DNA from: Elusimicrobia bacterium CG1_02_37_114
Lineage (GTDB): Bacteria; Elusimicrobiota; Endomicrobiia; CG1-02-37-114
Length of the DNA stretch: 63,060 nucleotides
NCBI GenBank assembly: GCA_001871125.1
Contig: MNXB01000105.1
Location: 1-63,060, forward strand
Reading direction: 5' to 3'
The position numbers and the translations under genes were made by a program. This document shows positions 1-10,556 of the stretch, piece by piece (position 1 is the stretch's first letter; every line of letters begins with the position of its first letter). A model generated the notes under the pieces. That model ran no database searches. It saw only the letters and a program-made list of their open reading frames with translations, and had not been told where the DNA came from.

Positions 1-87
1 ATGGACATTGATTTGTACCTCCGTAGATACATTTTACAAAATTATGGGGGTATAAGTAAAATTTTGAATTATTAAAATAACGACGAC

Positions 88-111
88 AGAGGGTGTTTTT
101 TAACACCCTCT
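88..111. repeat. Perfect 10-bp hairpin (agagggtgtt-tttt-aacaccctct); terminator or REP-like
   Basis: Inverted repeat read directly, just after a TAA at 73-75. Confidence 0.5.
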
Positions 112-320
112 AAATGTTACGGGGGTAATCTGTTTTCGGCATGAAAAAATAAATAATGTATAAGTGTTATGAATAAACATGGCTTACTTTATTACAAAAA
201 CGTGCATTATTTACCTTGACTTTGTGACAAATATTTACTACACTATTTTTACTTGCCAATAAGAAAGTCAATCTCAAAGGGTGGAGATGGCGAGATTTTT
301 CAGCCCTTAGTGAGTTAGTT

Positions 321-1724
321 ATGTTTAACAGAGAAATTATAAAGTCCTTTAAGGAATGGGCGAAATTGCCTGAAAGAAAACCATTGGTCTTGAGAGGTGC
401 AAGACAGGTTGGAAAAACAACAGCGGTTAATATATTTTCAAAGGAATTTGATGTTTATATTTACTTAAATCTTGAAAAAAAGGAAGATGCCCTATTATTT
501 GAAAGAAATCTTTCGGTAAAAGAACTGTTTCAAGCAATTTTGTTATATAAGAATATTCAGTATAAAAATGGGACAGTTCTGTTATTTATTGACGAAATAC
601 AGAATTCTCCTGCCGCTGTCTCAGTACTGAGATTTTTTTATGAGGAAATGAAGGATTTATATATTATCGCGGCGGGTTCATTATTTGAAATTATGCTTGA
701 AAGAAAACACATCAGTTTTCCGGTCGGCAGGGTTGAATATCGGTTTATGTATCCTTTAACTTTTAAAGAATTCATGGAAGCGCTCGGTGAAACACCAACC
801 CTTGATTTACTTAAAACCATACCACTACCAGATTACGCACTGCCTAAACTCTATAAATTATTTCATACTTATTCTTTAGTGGGTGGTATGCCGGAGGTGG
901 TAAATAGATATGCTGACTCAAAAGAAATAACCACCCTATCTTCTATTTATCAATCTCTTTTAACATCGTTTACCGACGATATAAGTAAATATGCAAGAAA
1001 TGATAATATGGTCAATATTATCAAGCACTGTATGGAACATTCACCATATGAGACCGGTAAAAGAATAAAGTTTTCCGGCTTCGGCAATTCCAATTATCGC
1101 TCGCGTGAAATAGGGGAAGCGTTGAGAATCATGGAAAGAGCTATGTTACTTTATCTTATCTATCCTACTACTACCACAAAAATTCCTGTTATTCCGAACA
1201 AGAAAAAATCACCCAGGTTGCAGTTTTTAGATATCGGTCTTTTAAACTATGTAGCTGGATTACAGCAATATTTCTTTCAGTATGATGACCTTCTGTCTTT
1301 TTACAAGGGCATCCTTGCCGAACAGGTTGTAGGACAGGAGTTGATGGCTTCAAGTATGGGTTTATCTGTAAAACCGATATTCTGGGTTAGAGAAAAGAAA
1401 CAATCACATGCAGAGATTGACTTTCTGTACCGATTTAAGGAATATATAATTCCTGTTGAGGTTAAATCAGGGAAAGAAGGGAAAATGCGTTCACTACATC
1501 AGTTTATGAATTACGCTGAACATCCTTACGCTATCCGTTTATATTCTGGTGAGATAAAAATAAACAAAGCCAGGACACCTGATGGGAAGGTATTTTATCT
1601 CTTAAATCTTCCGTATTTCTGTATCTCGTGTCTTTCTGATTATATACAATGGTTTTTAAAAAAATGTGGCGGTCCCGATTTATCAAACAATTATGAAACT
1701 AAAAATATATCCTATTTTAACTAA
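321..1724 (+). CDS. AAA_14 ATPase with DUF4143 domain (COG1373 family)
   Basis: Walker A GARQVGKT, Walker B LFIDEIQ, AAGS motif, C-terminal EIDF..IPVEVKSG nuclease-like motif. Confidence 0.9.
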   Translation: MFNREIIKSFKEWAKLPERKPLVLRGARQVGKTTAVNIFSKEFDVYIYLNLEKKEDALLFERNLSVKELFQAILLYKNIQYKNGTVLLFIDEIQNSPAAVSVLRFFYEEMKDLYIIAAGSLFEIMLERKHISFPVGRVEYRFMYPLTFKEFMEALGETPTLDLLKTIPLPDYALPKLYKLFHTYSLVGGMPEVVNRYADSKEITTLSSIYQSLLTSFTDDISKYARNDNMVNIIKHCMEHSPYETGKRIKFSGFGNSNYRSREIGEALRIMERAMLLYLIYPTTTTKIPVIPNKKKSPRLQFLDIGLLNYVAGLQQYFFQYDDLLSFYKGILAEQVVGQELMASSMGLSVKPIFWVREKKQSHAEIDFLYRFKEYIIPVEVKSGKEGKMRSLHQFMNYAEHPYAIRLYSGEIKINKARTPDGKVFYLLNLPYFCISCLSDYIQWFLKKCGGPDLSNNYETKNISYFN

Positions 1725-1756
1725 CAGTAGGTTCTTTAGGAACTGGACGAATTCTC

Positions 1757-1785
1757 TTGACTTTACCCGTAAAAATAAGTATACT
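1757..1785 (+). promoter_or_regulatory. Sigma70-type promoter for the second ATPase
   Basis: TTGACT-17 bp-TATACT, followed by the palindrome ttattgcaataa (1787-1798). Confidence 0.55.
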
Positions 1786-1821
1786 ATTATTGCAATAACT
1801 GCAATAATAGTGAGGTAATTC

Positions 1822-3117
1822 ATGATTGTCCAGAGGGAACTGCTTAACCAGATTAAAATATTTATCAAAAGAAAGGAGTTTATTGCCATTACAGGTCCAC
1901 GTCAATGTGGGAAGTCAACTTTTCTGGAAATTATCAGGGATTATCTTATAAAAGAAATTAAAATTGACAGGGAATCCATCAATATACTGACCTTTGAAGA
2001 CAGGAAACTATTGGCACAGTTTGAATCAGACCCTGTTGAATTTGTGAATTCTTACCTATCACAAAATACCGGTAAAACCACTTATTTAATGCTTGATGAA
2101 TTTCAGTATGCCGAAGAAGGGGGACAGAAGCTTAAATTAATTTATGATACTGTTAAAAATGTCAAAATAATTATTACAGGTTCTTCCTCACTTGAAATTA
2201 AGGGATATATGGTTGGCAGGATTTTAACGTTTAACCTGTATCCCTTCAGTTTTAAAGAATACTTGAATGCAAAGGACAAACGGTTTGAAAAAATATACGT
2301 AGAAAAAAACAAAATGGTTCTTAACTGGTTATTCAAGCGTAAAAAACCGGTGCAAAAAATCGGACAGGACCTGTTTGCCGACGATTTTAATAAATTGTTT
2401 GAAAAATATTGTATATGGGGTGGTTACCCGGCAGTCGTTCTATCAAAAACTACTATTGAACGTAAAAAAGTGTTAAATGACATTTATAATAATTACCTTT
2501 TAAAAGATATAAAAGGATTACTTGAATTAACTACCGAACGCAACCTCGTTCTTTTAGCACAATTCATAGCTGCGCAAATCAGTAATATCCTTGTTTACCA
2601 GAACATGAGCCAAGCATCCGGATTAGAATTTCGGCAGTTAAAAAAGCATCTTAATATCTTACAAGAAACGTTTATTTGCAAAGAAGTTTCTCCATATTTT
2701 AAAAACAAACAAAAGGAATTAGTAAAAAACCCCAAAGCGTATTTTCTTGATTTAGGGTTCAGGAATAATTTGTTAGATAGCATGAATAATAATTTTATTC
2801 AACGGACAGATACCGGTGCTATTGTAGAAAACGTTATATTTATACGGTTAAGTGAATTATCTCAAGGAAGAGAAAGAATCAATTTCTGGCGGACCAAAAC
2901 AGGCAGTGAAATTGATTTTATATTTAAAATAAACGGTTATGTTGTACCGATTGAAGTAAAATATTCAAATTTTGACAGACCCCAGGTAACAAGAAGTTTC
3001 ATAGGTTTTATTGATACTTTTCATCCCAGACAGGGAGTTATCTTAACCAAAAATTATTGGGGTTTAATAAAACGTAATAATACTGAAATTTTGTTTGCTC
3101 CAGTTTATTATTTATAA
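1822..3117 (+). CDS. Second AAA_14/DUF4143 ATPase
   Basis: GPRQCGKST, LMLDEFQ, ITGSSS, EIDF..VPIEVK. Confidence 0.9.
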   Translation: MIVQRELLNQIKIFIKRKEFIAITGPRQCGKSTFLEIIRDYLIKEIKIDRESINILTFEDRKLLAQFESDPVEFVNSYLSQNTGKTTYLMLDEFQYAEEGGQKLKLIYDTVKNVKIIITGSSSLEIKGYMVGRILTFNLYPFSFKEYLNAKDKRFEKIYVEKNKMVLNWLFKRKKPVQKIGQDLFADDFNKLFEKYCIWGGYPAVVLSKTTIERKKVLNDIYNNYLLKDIKGLLELTTERNLVLLAQFIAAQISNILVYQNMSQASGLEFRQLKKHLNILQETFICKEVSPYFKNKQKELVKNPKAYFLDLGFRNNLLDSMNNNFIQRTDTGAIVENVIFIRLSELSQGRERINFWRTKTGSEIDFIFKINGYVVPIEVKYSNFDRPQVTRSFIGFIDTFHPRQGVILTKNYWGLIKRNNTEILFAPVYYL

Positions 3118-3246
3118 TCATGCAAGGCTGAAAAAGGTTAAACTAGCGAGGTTGGGTATCAGCGAGGTTTCGCTGATGGGTGTGGAATTGAAAATAAACT
3201 ATAATGTCCCGCTTGCCGACGGGCAGGCAAGACCTGACCCCGTCCC

Positions 3247-3276
3247 TTGACTTTATAGATATACATTTAGTAGAAT
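3247..3276 (+). promoter_or_regulatory. Promoter immediately upstream of HU (probably leaderless)
   Basis: TTGACT-18 bp-TAGAAT; ATG follows 8 nt later with no SD. Confidence 0.45.
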
Positions 3277-3284
3277 AATGCATT

Positions 3285-3608
3285 ATGAAAAGAAAAGAAT
3301 TATTGGAAAGCATTGCTCAGAAAACAGGAGTAACAGTTACTGAAATTGACAGGGTGCTAAAAGCACTTGTTAAGATTATTCAGCAGGCACTTAAGTCAGA
3401 CGATAAAGTACTTTTGTCAGGTTTAGGTTCATTCCAGTCCAAGAAGCGTAAAGCACATTTGGGAAGAAACATGAAGACGGGTGAAGCAGTAAAGATACCT
3501 GAAGGTAAAAAGGTATATTTTAAGCCCACACCATTGCTTCGGAAGATAGTATTATCACAACCGCCTGCCCAGGTTCAGCCAAATGAAGAAAAGCAAACTA
3601 CGATTTGA
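3285..3608 (+). CDS. HU/IHF family DNA-binding protein
   Basis: MKRKEL start, GLGSF, GRNMKTGEAVKIP, VYFKP motifs. Confidence 0.9.
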   Translation: MKRKELLESIAQKTGVTVTEIDRVLKALVKIIQQALKSDDKVLLSGLGSFQSKKRKAHLGRNMKTGEAVKIPEGKKVYFKPTPLLRKIVLSQPPAQVQPNEEKQTTI

Positions 3609-4782
3609 ATGTGCTGAAAAACTTAATAAACTACCCCCCTATCTATTGTCATCTATAAATAAGATTAAGCTTAAGGCATACGCAAAAAAACTTGATGTTA
3701 TTGATTTGGGTATGGGTAATTCTGACATACCGACGCCCCGCCACATTGTTGAGAGGTTGTGTGACACTGTAACCAATCATCCCAACACGATGAGATACCC
3801 TCAGGCAAAAGGGATGCCAAAATTCAGAAAGATAGTTAGTGAATGGATGACACAGCGGTTTGGAGTTAAGGTTGACCCTGAGACCGAAACACTTGCTTTG
3901 ATAGGTTCAAAAGAAGGCATAGCACATCTCTGTATGGCTTTTCTTAACCCGGGAGACATAGCGCTTATTCCCGACCCCGGATACCTGGTATATTATAACG
4001 GTGTGGTATTGGCCGGAGGAAAGGTTTACGGTATGTCGGTTTTAGAAAAAAATAATTATTTGCCCGATTTAACTAAAATACCGGAAAATATTGCCAGGAA
4101 GGCAAAAATAATGTTTTTGAATTATCCCAATAATCCCACAACTGCTGTTGTTGAAGACCTTAATTTTTTCAGGGAAGTTGTTAAGTTTGCCGAAAAGTAT
4201 AATATTATAATTGTCCATGACAATGCATATTCTGAGTTGACCTTTGACGGGTATGTTGCCCCGTCTTTTCTTGAAGTCCCGGGAGCAAAAGATGTAAGCG
4301 TGGAATTTTTTTCTTTTTCCAAGATGTTTTCCATGCCGGGCTGGCGGGTGGGGTTTGTCGTGGGTAATGAATATGTGATAAAGCACCTTACAAATTTTAA
4401 GTCTTATGTGGATTTCGGGATACCCACATTCATTCAACTTTCTGCACTGCATGCTTTAAAGGAACCGGGGGATTCCATAAAAGAAATAGCAAAAGTTTTT
4501 GAAAGAAGGGCAGAAAAATTTGTTAAGGAACTTAACAAGATCGGCTGGAAGGCAGAGAAGCCGAAAGCCACTATGTATCTTTGGACGAAAATACCCGAAA
4601 AGTTTATAAAAATGGGTTCATTAAAATTCTGTGAAATGTTGATAAGAGAAACCGGCGTTGTCGGTTTGCCGGGTATCGGGTTTGGCAAACACGGCGAGGG
4701 GTATGTAAGGTTTTCTCTTGTAACACACGATAATAGATTTCACGATGTATGCCTCAGGTTGAAGAGATTATTAAAAGGATAA
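3583..4782 (+). CDS. PLP-dependent class I/II aminotransferase (AlaC/DapL-like)
   Basis: LNYPNNPT, HDNAYSE, SFSKMFSMPGWRVG; located upstream of hom. Confidence 0.85.
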   Translation: MKKSKLRFECAEKLNKLPPYLLSSINKIKLKAYAKKLDVIDLGMGNSDIPTPRHIVERLCDTVTNHPNTMRYPQAKGMPKFRKIVSEWMTQRFGVKVDPETETLALIGSKEGIAHLCMAFLNPGDIALIPDPGYLVYYNGVVLAGGKVYGMSVLEKNNYLPDLTKIPENIARKAKIMFLNYPNNPTTAVVEDLNFFREVVKFAEKYNIIIVHDNAYSELTFDGYVAPSFLEVPGAKDVSVEFFSFSKMFSMPGWRVGFVVGNEYVIKHLTNFKSYVDFGIPTFIQLSALHALKEPGDSIKEIAKVFERRAEKFVKELNKIGWKAEKPKATMYLWTKIPEKFIKMGSLKFCEMLIRETGVVGLPGIGFGKHGEGYVRFSLVTHDNRFHDVCLRLKRLLKG

Positions 4783-4868
4783 AAGGGTAAACCCTTAATT
4801 CCAGGAATTTACCCTTTAGGGTTTTATCCTTCAGGATTTTACTGGAATTTATCCTTCAGGATTTTACT
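4780..4868 (+). repeat. Modular repeat family B, copy 1
   Basis: taaaagggtaaacccttaattcc..accctttagggttttatccttcaggattttact; recurs at 14969, 32181 (reverse), 47826 and 56935. Confidence 0.9.
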
Positions 4869-4870
4869 TG

Positions 4871-6181
4871 ATGAAAAAAATTAATTTAGGTCTTATAGGT
4901 TTTGGTGCTGTAGGAAACAACGTATTAAAGTTGTTTGAACGCAACAGGGATTCTATTGAGCAGAAGATAGGTTCTTCAATTGAATTTAGTTATGTCTGTG
5001 ATAAAAACTCTGCTCGTCTGAGGGAAATAAAGAAAAAAGTCAAAAAAGTGACAACTGACTGGCACAGGGTGGTTAAGAGTCAGTCCGTGGATATTGTTAT
5101 TGAACTCATCGGCGGAGAAAACCCTGCCAGGGATATAATAATAAGTGCGCTAAAAAACAATAAAAATATTGTAACGGCTAACAAACTTGTTCTGGCGAAG
5201 AACTGGGAAGAGATATTTTCATTAGCACGAAAAAAACAGAAATTAGTTTATTTTGAAGCAGCTGTAGGTGCAGGAATACCTGTAGTGCAGGCATTGAATG
5301 AAGGTTTGGCAGCAAACAGAATTAATCGTATCATAGGGATTTTAAACGGTACAACGAATTATATTTTAACAAAAATGACCAGAGAGGATATTGATTTTGA
5401 AACTGCATTAAAACACGCACAAAAACAGGGATTCGCTGAACTTAATCCAAAACTTGATATAATGGGATTTGATACTGCACATAAACTTTCCATACTAACA
5501 TCAATTGGCTGGTCAACCTGGCTTAAGTTAGAAAATATTTATGTTGAGGGCATAGAAAAAATTGCAGTTGAAGACGTTAAGTTTGCATATAATGAATTTG
5601 GTTATGTAATAAAACTCCTGGGTATTGCACGACAGATAGATAATAAATTGGAAATTGCTGTCAGACCCTGTCTTATACCGAAGACACATCCGTTTGCATC
5701 AGTTGACAATGAATATAATGCGGTTTTGCTTGACGGTGATGCCTGCGGTGAGATTATTTTCTACGGGAAAGGGGCAGGAGGATTTCCTGCTGCAAGTGCT
5801 GTTGTCAGTGATATAATGTTTCTTGCAAGGCAGATATCCGCAGGCACTGCAGGTAAAATACCGTATGTCAGTTATGAACCTGCAAAAAAGTTGTCGTTTT
5901 TGTCTGTTGAACAGACAGAAGGTTGTTATTACTTAAGGTTTAATATGGCTGACAGGCCGGGTGTATTATCAAAAATTTCCGGTATTTTAGGTAAATGTAA
6001 AGTCTCAATAGCAAGCGTATATCAGAAAGAACCCCTGTTTAAATACAGACGGGGTGTCCCGGTTCTTATGTTAACCCACAGCACGAATGAATCCGCATTG
6101 AAAGAAGCAATAGATGAAATTGATAAATTGAAAATAACAAAGTCCAGAACAGTATTTTTCAGAATAGAAGAATTGAAATAA
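4871..6181 (+). CDS. hom: Homoserine dehydrogenase with C-terminal ACT domain
   Basis: GFGAVG, VTANK, FEAAVGAGIP, GILNGTTNYIL, DRPGVLSKI; start placed at ATG 4871. Confidence 0.95.
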   Translation: MKKINLGLIGFGAVGNNVLKLFERNRDSIEQKIGSSIEFSYVCDKNSARLREIKKKVKKVTTDWHRVVKSQSVDIVIELIGGENPARDIIISALKNNKNIVTANKLVLAKNWEEIFSLARKKQKLVYFEAAVGAGIPVVQALNEGLAANRINRIIGILNGTTNYILTKMTREDIDFETALKHAQKQGFAELNPKLDIMGFDTAHKLSILTSIGWSTWLKLENIYVEGIEKIAVEDVKFAYNEFGYVIKLLGIARQIDNKLEIAVRPCLIPKTHPFASVDNEYNAVLLDGDACGEIIFYGKGAGGFPAASAVVSDIMFLARQISAGTAGKIPYVSYEPAKKLSFLSVEQTEGCYYLRFNMADRPGVLSKISGILGKCKVSIASVYQKEPLFKYRRGVPVLMLTHSTNESALKEAIDEIDKLKITKSRTVFFRIEELK

Positions 6182-6183
6182 TA

Positions 6184-6217
6184 ATTAAAAGCCTAAAGGC
6201 TTAATTCCATAATTTTA
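6184..6217 (+). repeat. Repeat family C, identical 34-bp copy also at 49704-49737
   Basis: attaaaagcctaaaggcttaattccataatttta occurs exactly twice. Confidence 0.9.
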
Positions 6218-6246
6218 ATAATAATTTTAGGAGAATAGAGAGAGAT

Positions 6247-7629
6247 ATGTATATTGAAACAGCAGATGTCAGGGAAATTACAGGGCCATTAATACTTGTG
6301 GGTAATGCAACAGGTGCAAAATATGGGGAACTTGTAGAAGTAATAATGGCAGCAGGAGAAAAGCGTCTTGGCCAGGTGTTAGAAGTCAACGAAGACAGGG
6401 CCCTGATACAACTTTTTGAATTAAGTACAGGTATGGGTATAGCGGACACCCGTATAAGATTTTTTGGCAGAGGTATACAACTCGGCGTTTCAATGGATAT
6501 GCTTGGAAGAATTTTTGACGGTTTTGGCAGGCCGATAGATGAAGGACCCGGAATAATACCCGAAGAAAAACCTGATATTAACGGTAACCCGATAAACCCT
6601 TCAGCAAGAGCATATCCGCAGGAGTTCATCCAGACAGGAATTTCCACTATTGACGGACTGAATACGCTTGTGCGCGGACAGAAGTTACCTATTTTTTCCG
6701 GGTTCGGTTTACCGCATGCACAGGTCGTTGCACAAATTGCCCGTCAGTCAAAGGTAATAGCAGGACACTCCGCGGAAAAATTTTCCGTTGTTTTTGCTGC
6801 AATCGGTATAACGTTTGAAGAAGCAAATTTTTTCATAACTGATTTTAAAAATACCGGTGCTATTGAAAGGGCGGTATTATTCATAAACCTTGCTGATGAC
6901 CCTGCTGTTGAAAGAATAGCCACCCCGCGTGTTGCCCTTACCTGTGCAGAATATTTAGCCTTTAAGCAGGGACACCAGGTCCTTGTCATAATGAGCGATA
7001 TGACAAATTATTGTGAAGCATTGAGGGAAGTCTCTGCTGCAAGAAAAGAGGTCCCGGGCAGAAGGGGATATCCGGGATACCTTTATACAGACCTTTCAGC
7101 CCTCTATGAACGTGCTGGCAGGATAAAAGACAAGAAAGGCTCCATTACGCTTATGCCGGTACTCTCAATGCCGGAAGACGATAAAACCCATCCGATACCT
7201 GACCTTACGGGTTACATTACCGAAGGACAGATTGTTTTAGATAGGGGGATTCACAGGAGAGGCATTTATCCGCCGATAGATGTGCTGGCATCCTTATCCC
7301 GTTTACGAGACAAAGGAATAGGTAAAGACAGAACACGCGAAGACCATGCTGATTGGGCAAACCAGCTTTTCAGTGCTTATGCCAGAGGTAAAGAGGCAAT
7401 GGAACTATCTGTGATTTTAGGTGAGGCGGCGCTATCAGATGCTGACAAACAATTCTTGAAATTTGCAGAAATGTTTGAAAAAGAATTCATTCAGCAGGAC
7501 GAGAATGAAAACCGGACAATTTTTGATAGTTTTGAAATCGGATATAAACTGTTGCGAACCCTGCCCGTTCAGGAAATAAAAAGAATTCGCCCGGAATTCC
7601 AGAAAAAATATTTAGAAAAATCAAAATGA
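6247..7629 (+). CDS. V/A-type ATP synthase subunit B
   Basis: [48 protein letters not shown]. Confidence 0.95.
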   Translation: MYIETADVREITGPLILVGNATGAKYGELVEVIMAAGEKRLGQVLEVNEDRALIQLFELSTGMGIADTRIRFFGRGIQLGVSMDMLGRIFDGFGRPIDEGPGIIPEEKPDINGNPINPSARAYPQEFIQTGISTIDGLNTLVRGQKLPIFSGFGLPHAQVVAQIARQSKVIAGHSAEKFSVVFAAIGITFEEANFFITDFKNTGAIERAVLFINLADDPAVERIATPRVALTCAEYLAFKQGHQVLVIMSDMTNYCEALREVSAARKEVPGRRGYPGYLYTDLSALYERAGRIKDKKGSITLMPVLSMPEDDKTHPIPDLTGYITEGQIVLDRGIHRRGIYPPIDVLASLSRLRDKGIGKDRTREDHADWANQLFSAYARGKEAMELSVILGEAALSDADKQFLKFAEMFEKEFIQQDENENRTIFDSFEIGYKLLRTLPVQEIKRIRPEFQKKYLEKSK

Positions 7630-8249
7630 AGATACAGATAAACCCCAACAGGATGGAACTGCTCCGTTTAAAGAAGCGGTTATCTTTTGCCTACAGGGGA
7701 CATAAACTCTTAAGAGATAAACAGGAAGAAATGATGCATCAGTTCCTGAAACTTATTAATAAGACAAAATTACTTCGCGATGAAATTGAAGAGAAAATTG
7801 CCGGTGTTCATAAGCATTTTATTTCATTATCTATGACAGATTCAAAAGAAACCATTGACTTTGTGCTATCAATATTACCTCCACCGAAATTCACGGTAGA
7901 AACCCGCCAGTTGATGAACCTATCGCTGCCTAAATTTACATTTGATACATCAGATAGCGTGCCGGTTATCCCCTACGTATCTTCCGAAATAAACTATACC
8001 ATGAGATTGTTTAACCGGTTAATGAAGTTGCTTGTAGAACTCAGTGAAAAGGAAAAGACAATAGAATTGATTGCTTATGAACTTGAACGGACGAGACGCC
8101 GGGTGAATTCTCTGGAATATGTCCTGATACCTTCATTGAAGGAAACAATAAAACATATTACGGATAAACTCAACGAACTTGAACGGGGAAACATTGCCAG
8201 GTTAATGAAGTTTAAAGAAATATCCATTAGTAAACAAATACTTCAGTAA
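7626..8249 (+). CDS. V/A-type ATP synthase subunit D
   Basis: [37 protein letters not shown]. Confidence 0.92.
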   Translation: MKIQINPNRMELLRLKKRLSFAYRGHKLLRDKQEEMMHQFLKLINKTKLLRDEIEEKIAGVHKHFISLSMTDSKETIDFVLSILPPPKFTVETRQLMNLSLPKFTFDTSDSVPVIPYVSSEINYTMRLFNRLMKLLVELSEKEKTIELIAYELERTRRRVNSLEYVLIPSLKETIKHITDKLNELERGNIARLMKFKEISISKQILQ

Positions 8250-8269
8250 CTTTCGTTTCACTTGTTCTA

Positions 8270-9028
8270 TTAACTGCAGAGTTGTTTTAGGGCACTTATT
8301 GCGGAAAGTATTGCAAGGTAACTCGTCCGGGGGTTCTCTTTAGAAGGTACATTCTCCGTTTTTGTAGTAAACCTGCCAAAATCACTTATCACTTCTATTT
8401 CGTGTTTATTGCTTTTTATTTTTGGGTCAACGACAATTTGGACTTTAGTTCTTTTTGCACCGATACTGCTTAATGCTAATGTTGCACAGACATTTATGTT
8501 AGCGGGATATTTCTTAACAGCTTCTTCTGCTGTGCCGTAAAAAACCACTTTTCTTTTAATGCATTTCTTAAAGCCCAGCGATTTGGGCGGCTTCGTTGTC
8601 GTAAGTGTCACACTCTTTATTTTGTTTTTTTCAATATTTAATGCATTTATACCGTCAAGTCCAACGATTGCACCTGAAGGGAAATAAATTTTAAAGTTAT
8701 ATTTTTTTGCTTTTTTGAGTATCTCCGGATGGACAATTAAGGCACCTACGGTTAATACAAAAATGTCCTTTTTAAGATTACATGACAATTTAAATATTTC
8801 TTTAACAGCATTCTGTGACGCACATTCTACGACTAAATCACAGGATTTCATTGCATCCCGGAGGTTTTTACTTATGGTGGGTTTTGTTTTAAGATGTGAG
8901 TATAACTTGTTTATCTTTGAAGAGTCCAGGTCATAAATACCAGCGAGTTTTGCCGGTATTATTTTCTTATCTATTGCTCTGGCTATTGCACTCCCGATAG
9001 CTCCGCAACCTATAATACTTATTCGCAT
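8270..9028 (-). CDS. nadX: L-aspartate dehydrogenase
   Basis: IGCGAIG, PSGAIVGLDG, TTTKPP, YPANINV, NPRTSYLA; start placed at MRISIIG. Confidence 0.88.
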   Translation of the reverse strand: MRISIIGCGAIGSAIARAIDKKIIPAKLAGIYDLDSSKINKLYSHLKTKPTISKNLRDAMKSCDLVVECASQNAVKEIFKLSCNLKKDIFVLTVGALIVHPEILKKAKKYNFKIYFPSGAIVGLDGINALNIEKNKIKSVTLTTTKPPKSLGFKKCIKRKVVFYGTAEEAVKKYPANINVCATLALSSIGAKRTKVQIVVDPKIKSNKHEIEVISDFGRFTTKTENVPSKENPRTSYLAILSAISALKQLCS

Positions 9029-9032
9029 ATCA

Positions 9033-9578
9033 TTATATCCTGAATTTTTCCAGCAGTGTTCCAAGCGTATGTTTTATTTCGGTCAATTTTGTTTTTATTA
9101 ATGGCAAATCAGATGTGTTAATCAGTTCATCAAGTTTAGATTGAATACTGTCTATTTTTGCCTTATCATTTTTTATAGTTTCACGCAAACTGCCACACAT
9201 TTGCTGTATCTCATTGCCGATGTCCTTTAACTCGTCAGTTTTGCGTATATGTAATTGTGCTGTCAAATCGCCGTTTTGTATCATTTTTATCACTCTTTCA
9301 AAAGCATAGATGGGTCCGAATATTCTGTGAAACAAAAAAATACTTTCCAGTCCTGTCGCCAGAATTAATACAAACAATATTAATCCAAAATTTTGAAAAA
9401 AAGCTATCCATAAAGAATTTTGTTCACTGGTGCCCAGATGTTTATAAACAGAACTGTTTGTTATTGATGAGCATAATGTCAGATATATAAAGATAGACAT
9501 TAATACTACAGACATTACCGTGAAAAACATATACTTTATCTGAAGGTGTGGTTTGATAATAAAAGTTGTTCTTTGCAT
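9033..9578 (-). CDS. Small membrane protein with two TM helices and a HAMP domain
   Basis: Two hydrophobic stretches followed by HRIFGPIYAF..GDLT..IRKTDEL. Confidence 0.7.
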   Translation of the reverse strand: MQRTTFIIKPHLQIKYMFFTVMSVVLMSIFIYLTLCSSITNSSVYKHLGTSEQNSLWIAFFQNFGLILFVLILATGLESIFLFHRIFGPIYAFERVIKMIQNGDLTAQLHIRKTDELKDIGNEIQQMCGSLRETIKNDKAKIDSIQSKLDELINTSDLPLIKTKLTEIKHTLGTLLEKFRI

Positions 9579-9650
9579 TTTTATCTCCTTTGCCTTGCAA
9601 AGCCCCAGAGTATTGTTTTACTTCGTTTTATGAAGTAAAACATCGTGGGG

Positions 9651-10496
9651 CTAAATTTCAATGTTATCAATTAACCTCGTTTTGCCATCCCATACAGCAA
9701 TTAATATTCTTGCCGGTGAATAAAGTTTTCCTTTAATTTCATCTAATGTTTTAGAATTGCAGATTTTTACATATTGAATACGCAAACCCGGCACGCGTCT
9801 TATTTCGTTTTTTATATAGTTAACAATTTTGTCTGCTGAAAGTAGTTTTTTCTCATGGAAAAGTTTTTTAACTCTTAAAAGTATTCTGTAAATCTTACCT
9901 GCCCTGATTCGTTCATTTTTTGATAGACATAAATTCCTGCTTGACAGAGCAAGTCCGTCATTTTCTCTTATTGTTGGACAGGGAATGATTTTTACGGGGA
10001 AATTTAAGTCGTTTACCATTTTTTGTATAATCATCAATTGCTGGTAATCTTTTTCACCAAAATATGCTCTGTCAGGTTGTGTTATGTTAAATAGCTTTGT
10101 CACGACTGTTGTAACACCGCGGAAGTGCCCCTGCCTGAATTCTCCACATAATATGTTTGATAATTTTTCTACGGTAACATAAGATAGGTGATTGATATCA
10201 TACATTTCTTTTGGTGTTGGAGCAAAAACATAGTTAACTCCATATTTTTTGCACATTCTTACATCTTTATTAAAAGGACGGGGATAACGCAGATAATCTT
10301 CATTTGGACCGAATTGCGTTGGATTGACGAAAATTGACACGATTACACAGTCATTTTCCTTTCTTGCACGCTGAATCAAAGAGATATGCCCGCCATGCAG
10401 TGCACCCATTGTCGGAACAAGTCCTATGGTTTTATTGGCAGAATGCAGTTTTTTTGTAATTTTCTGCATTTCTGGAATTTTGTGTATTATTTTCAT
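9651..10496 (-). CDS. panC: Pantoate--beta-alanine ligase
   Basis: VPTMGALHGGH, FVNPTQF, FGEKDYQQ, DGLALSSRN, RLIDN; true start MKIIHK. The longer ORF start lies in a repeat. Confidence 0.95.
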   Translation of the reverse strand: MKIIHKIPEMQKITKKLHSANKTIGLVPTMGALHGGHISLIQRARKENDCVIVSIFVNPTQFGPNEDYLRYPRPFNKDVRMCKKYGVNYVFAPTPKEMYDINHLSYVTVEKLSNILCGEFRQGHFRGVTTVVTKLFNITQPDRAYFGEKDYQQLMIIQKMVNDLNFPVKIIPCPTIRENDGLALSSRNLCLSKNERIRAGKIYRILLRVKKLFHEKKLLSADKIVNYIKNEIRRVPGLRIQYVKICNSKTLDEIKGKLYSPARILIAVWDGKTRLIDNIEI

Positions 10497-10556
10497 TTTG
10501 CTTGAACTCAAATGATAAATATTCAGTGAACCAACAGTAGGTTCCTTAGGAACCAC

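Noticed and set aside
1-75. 3' end of a possible upstream CDS (..NYGGISKILNY*)
   Set aside because: Too short to support or identify.
10497-10556. N-terminal extension MVPKEPTVG.. on PanC
   Set aside because: It derives from a family E repeat; the homologous start is MKIIHK.
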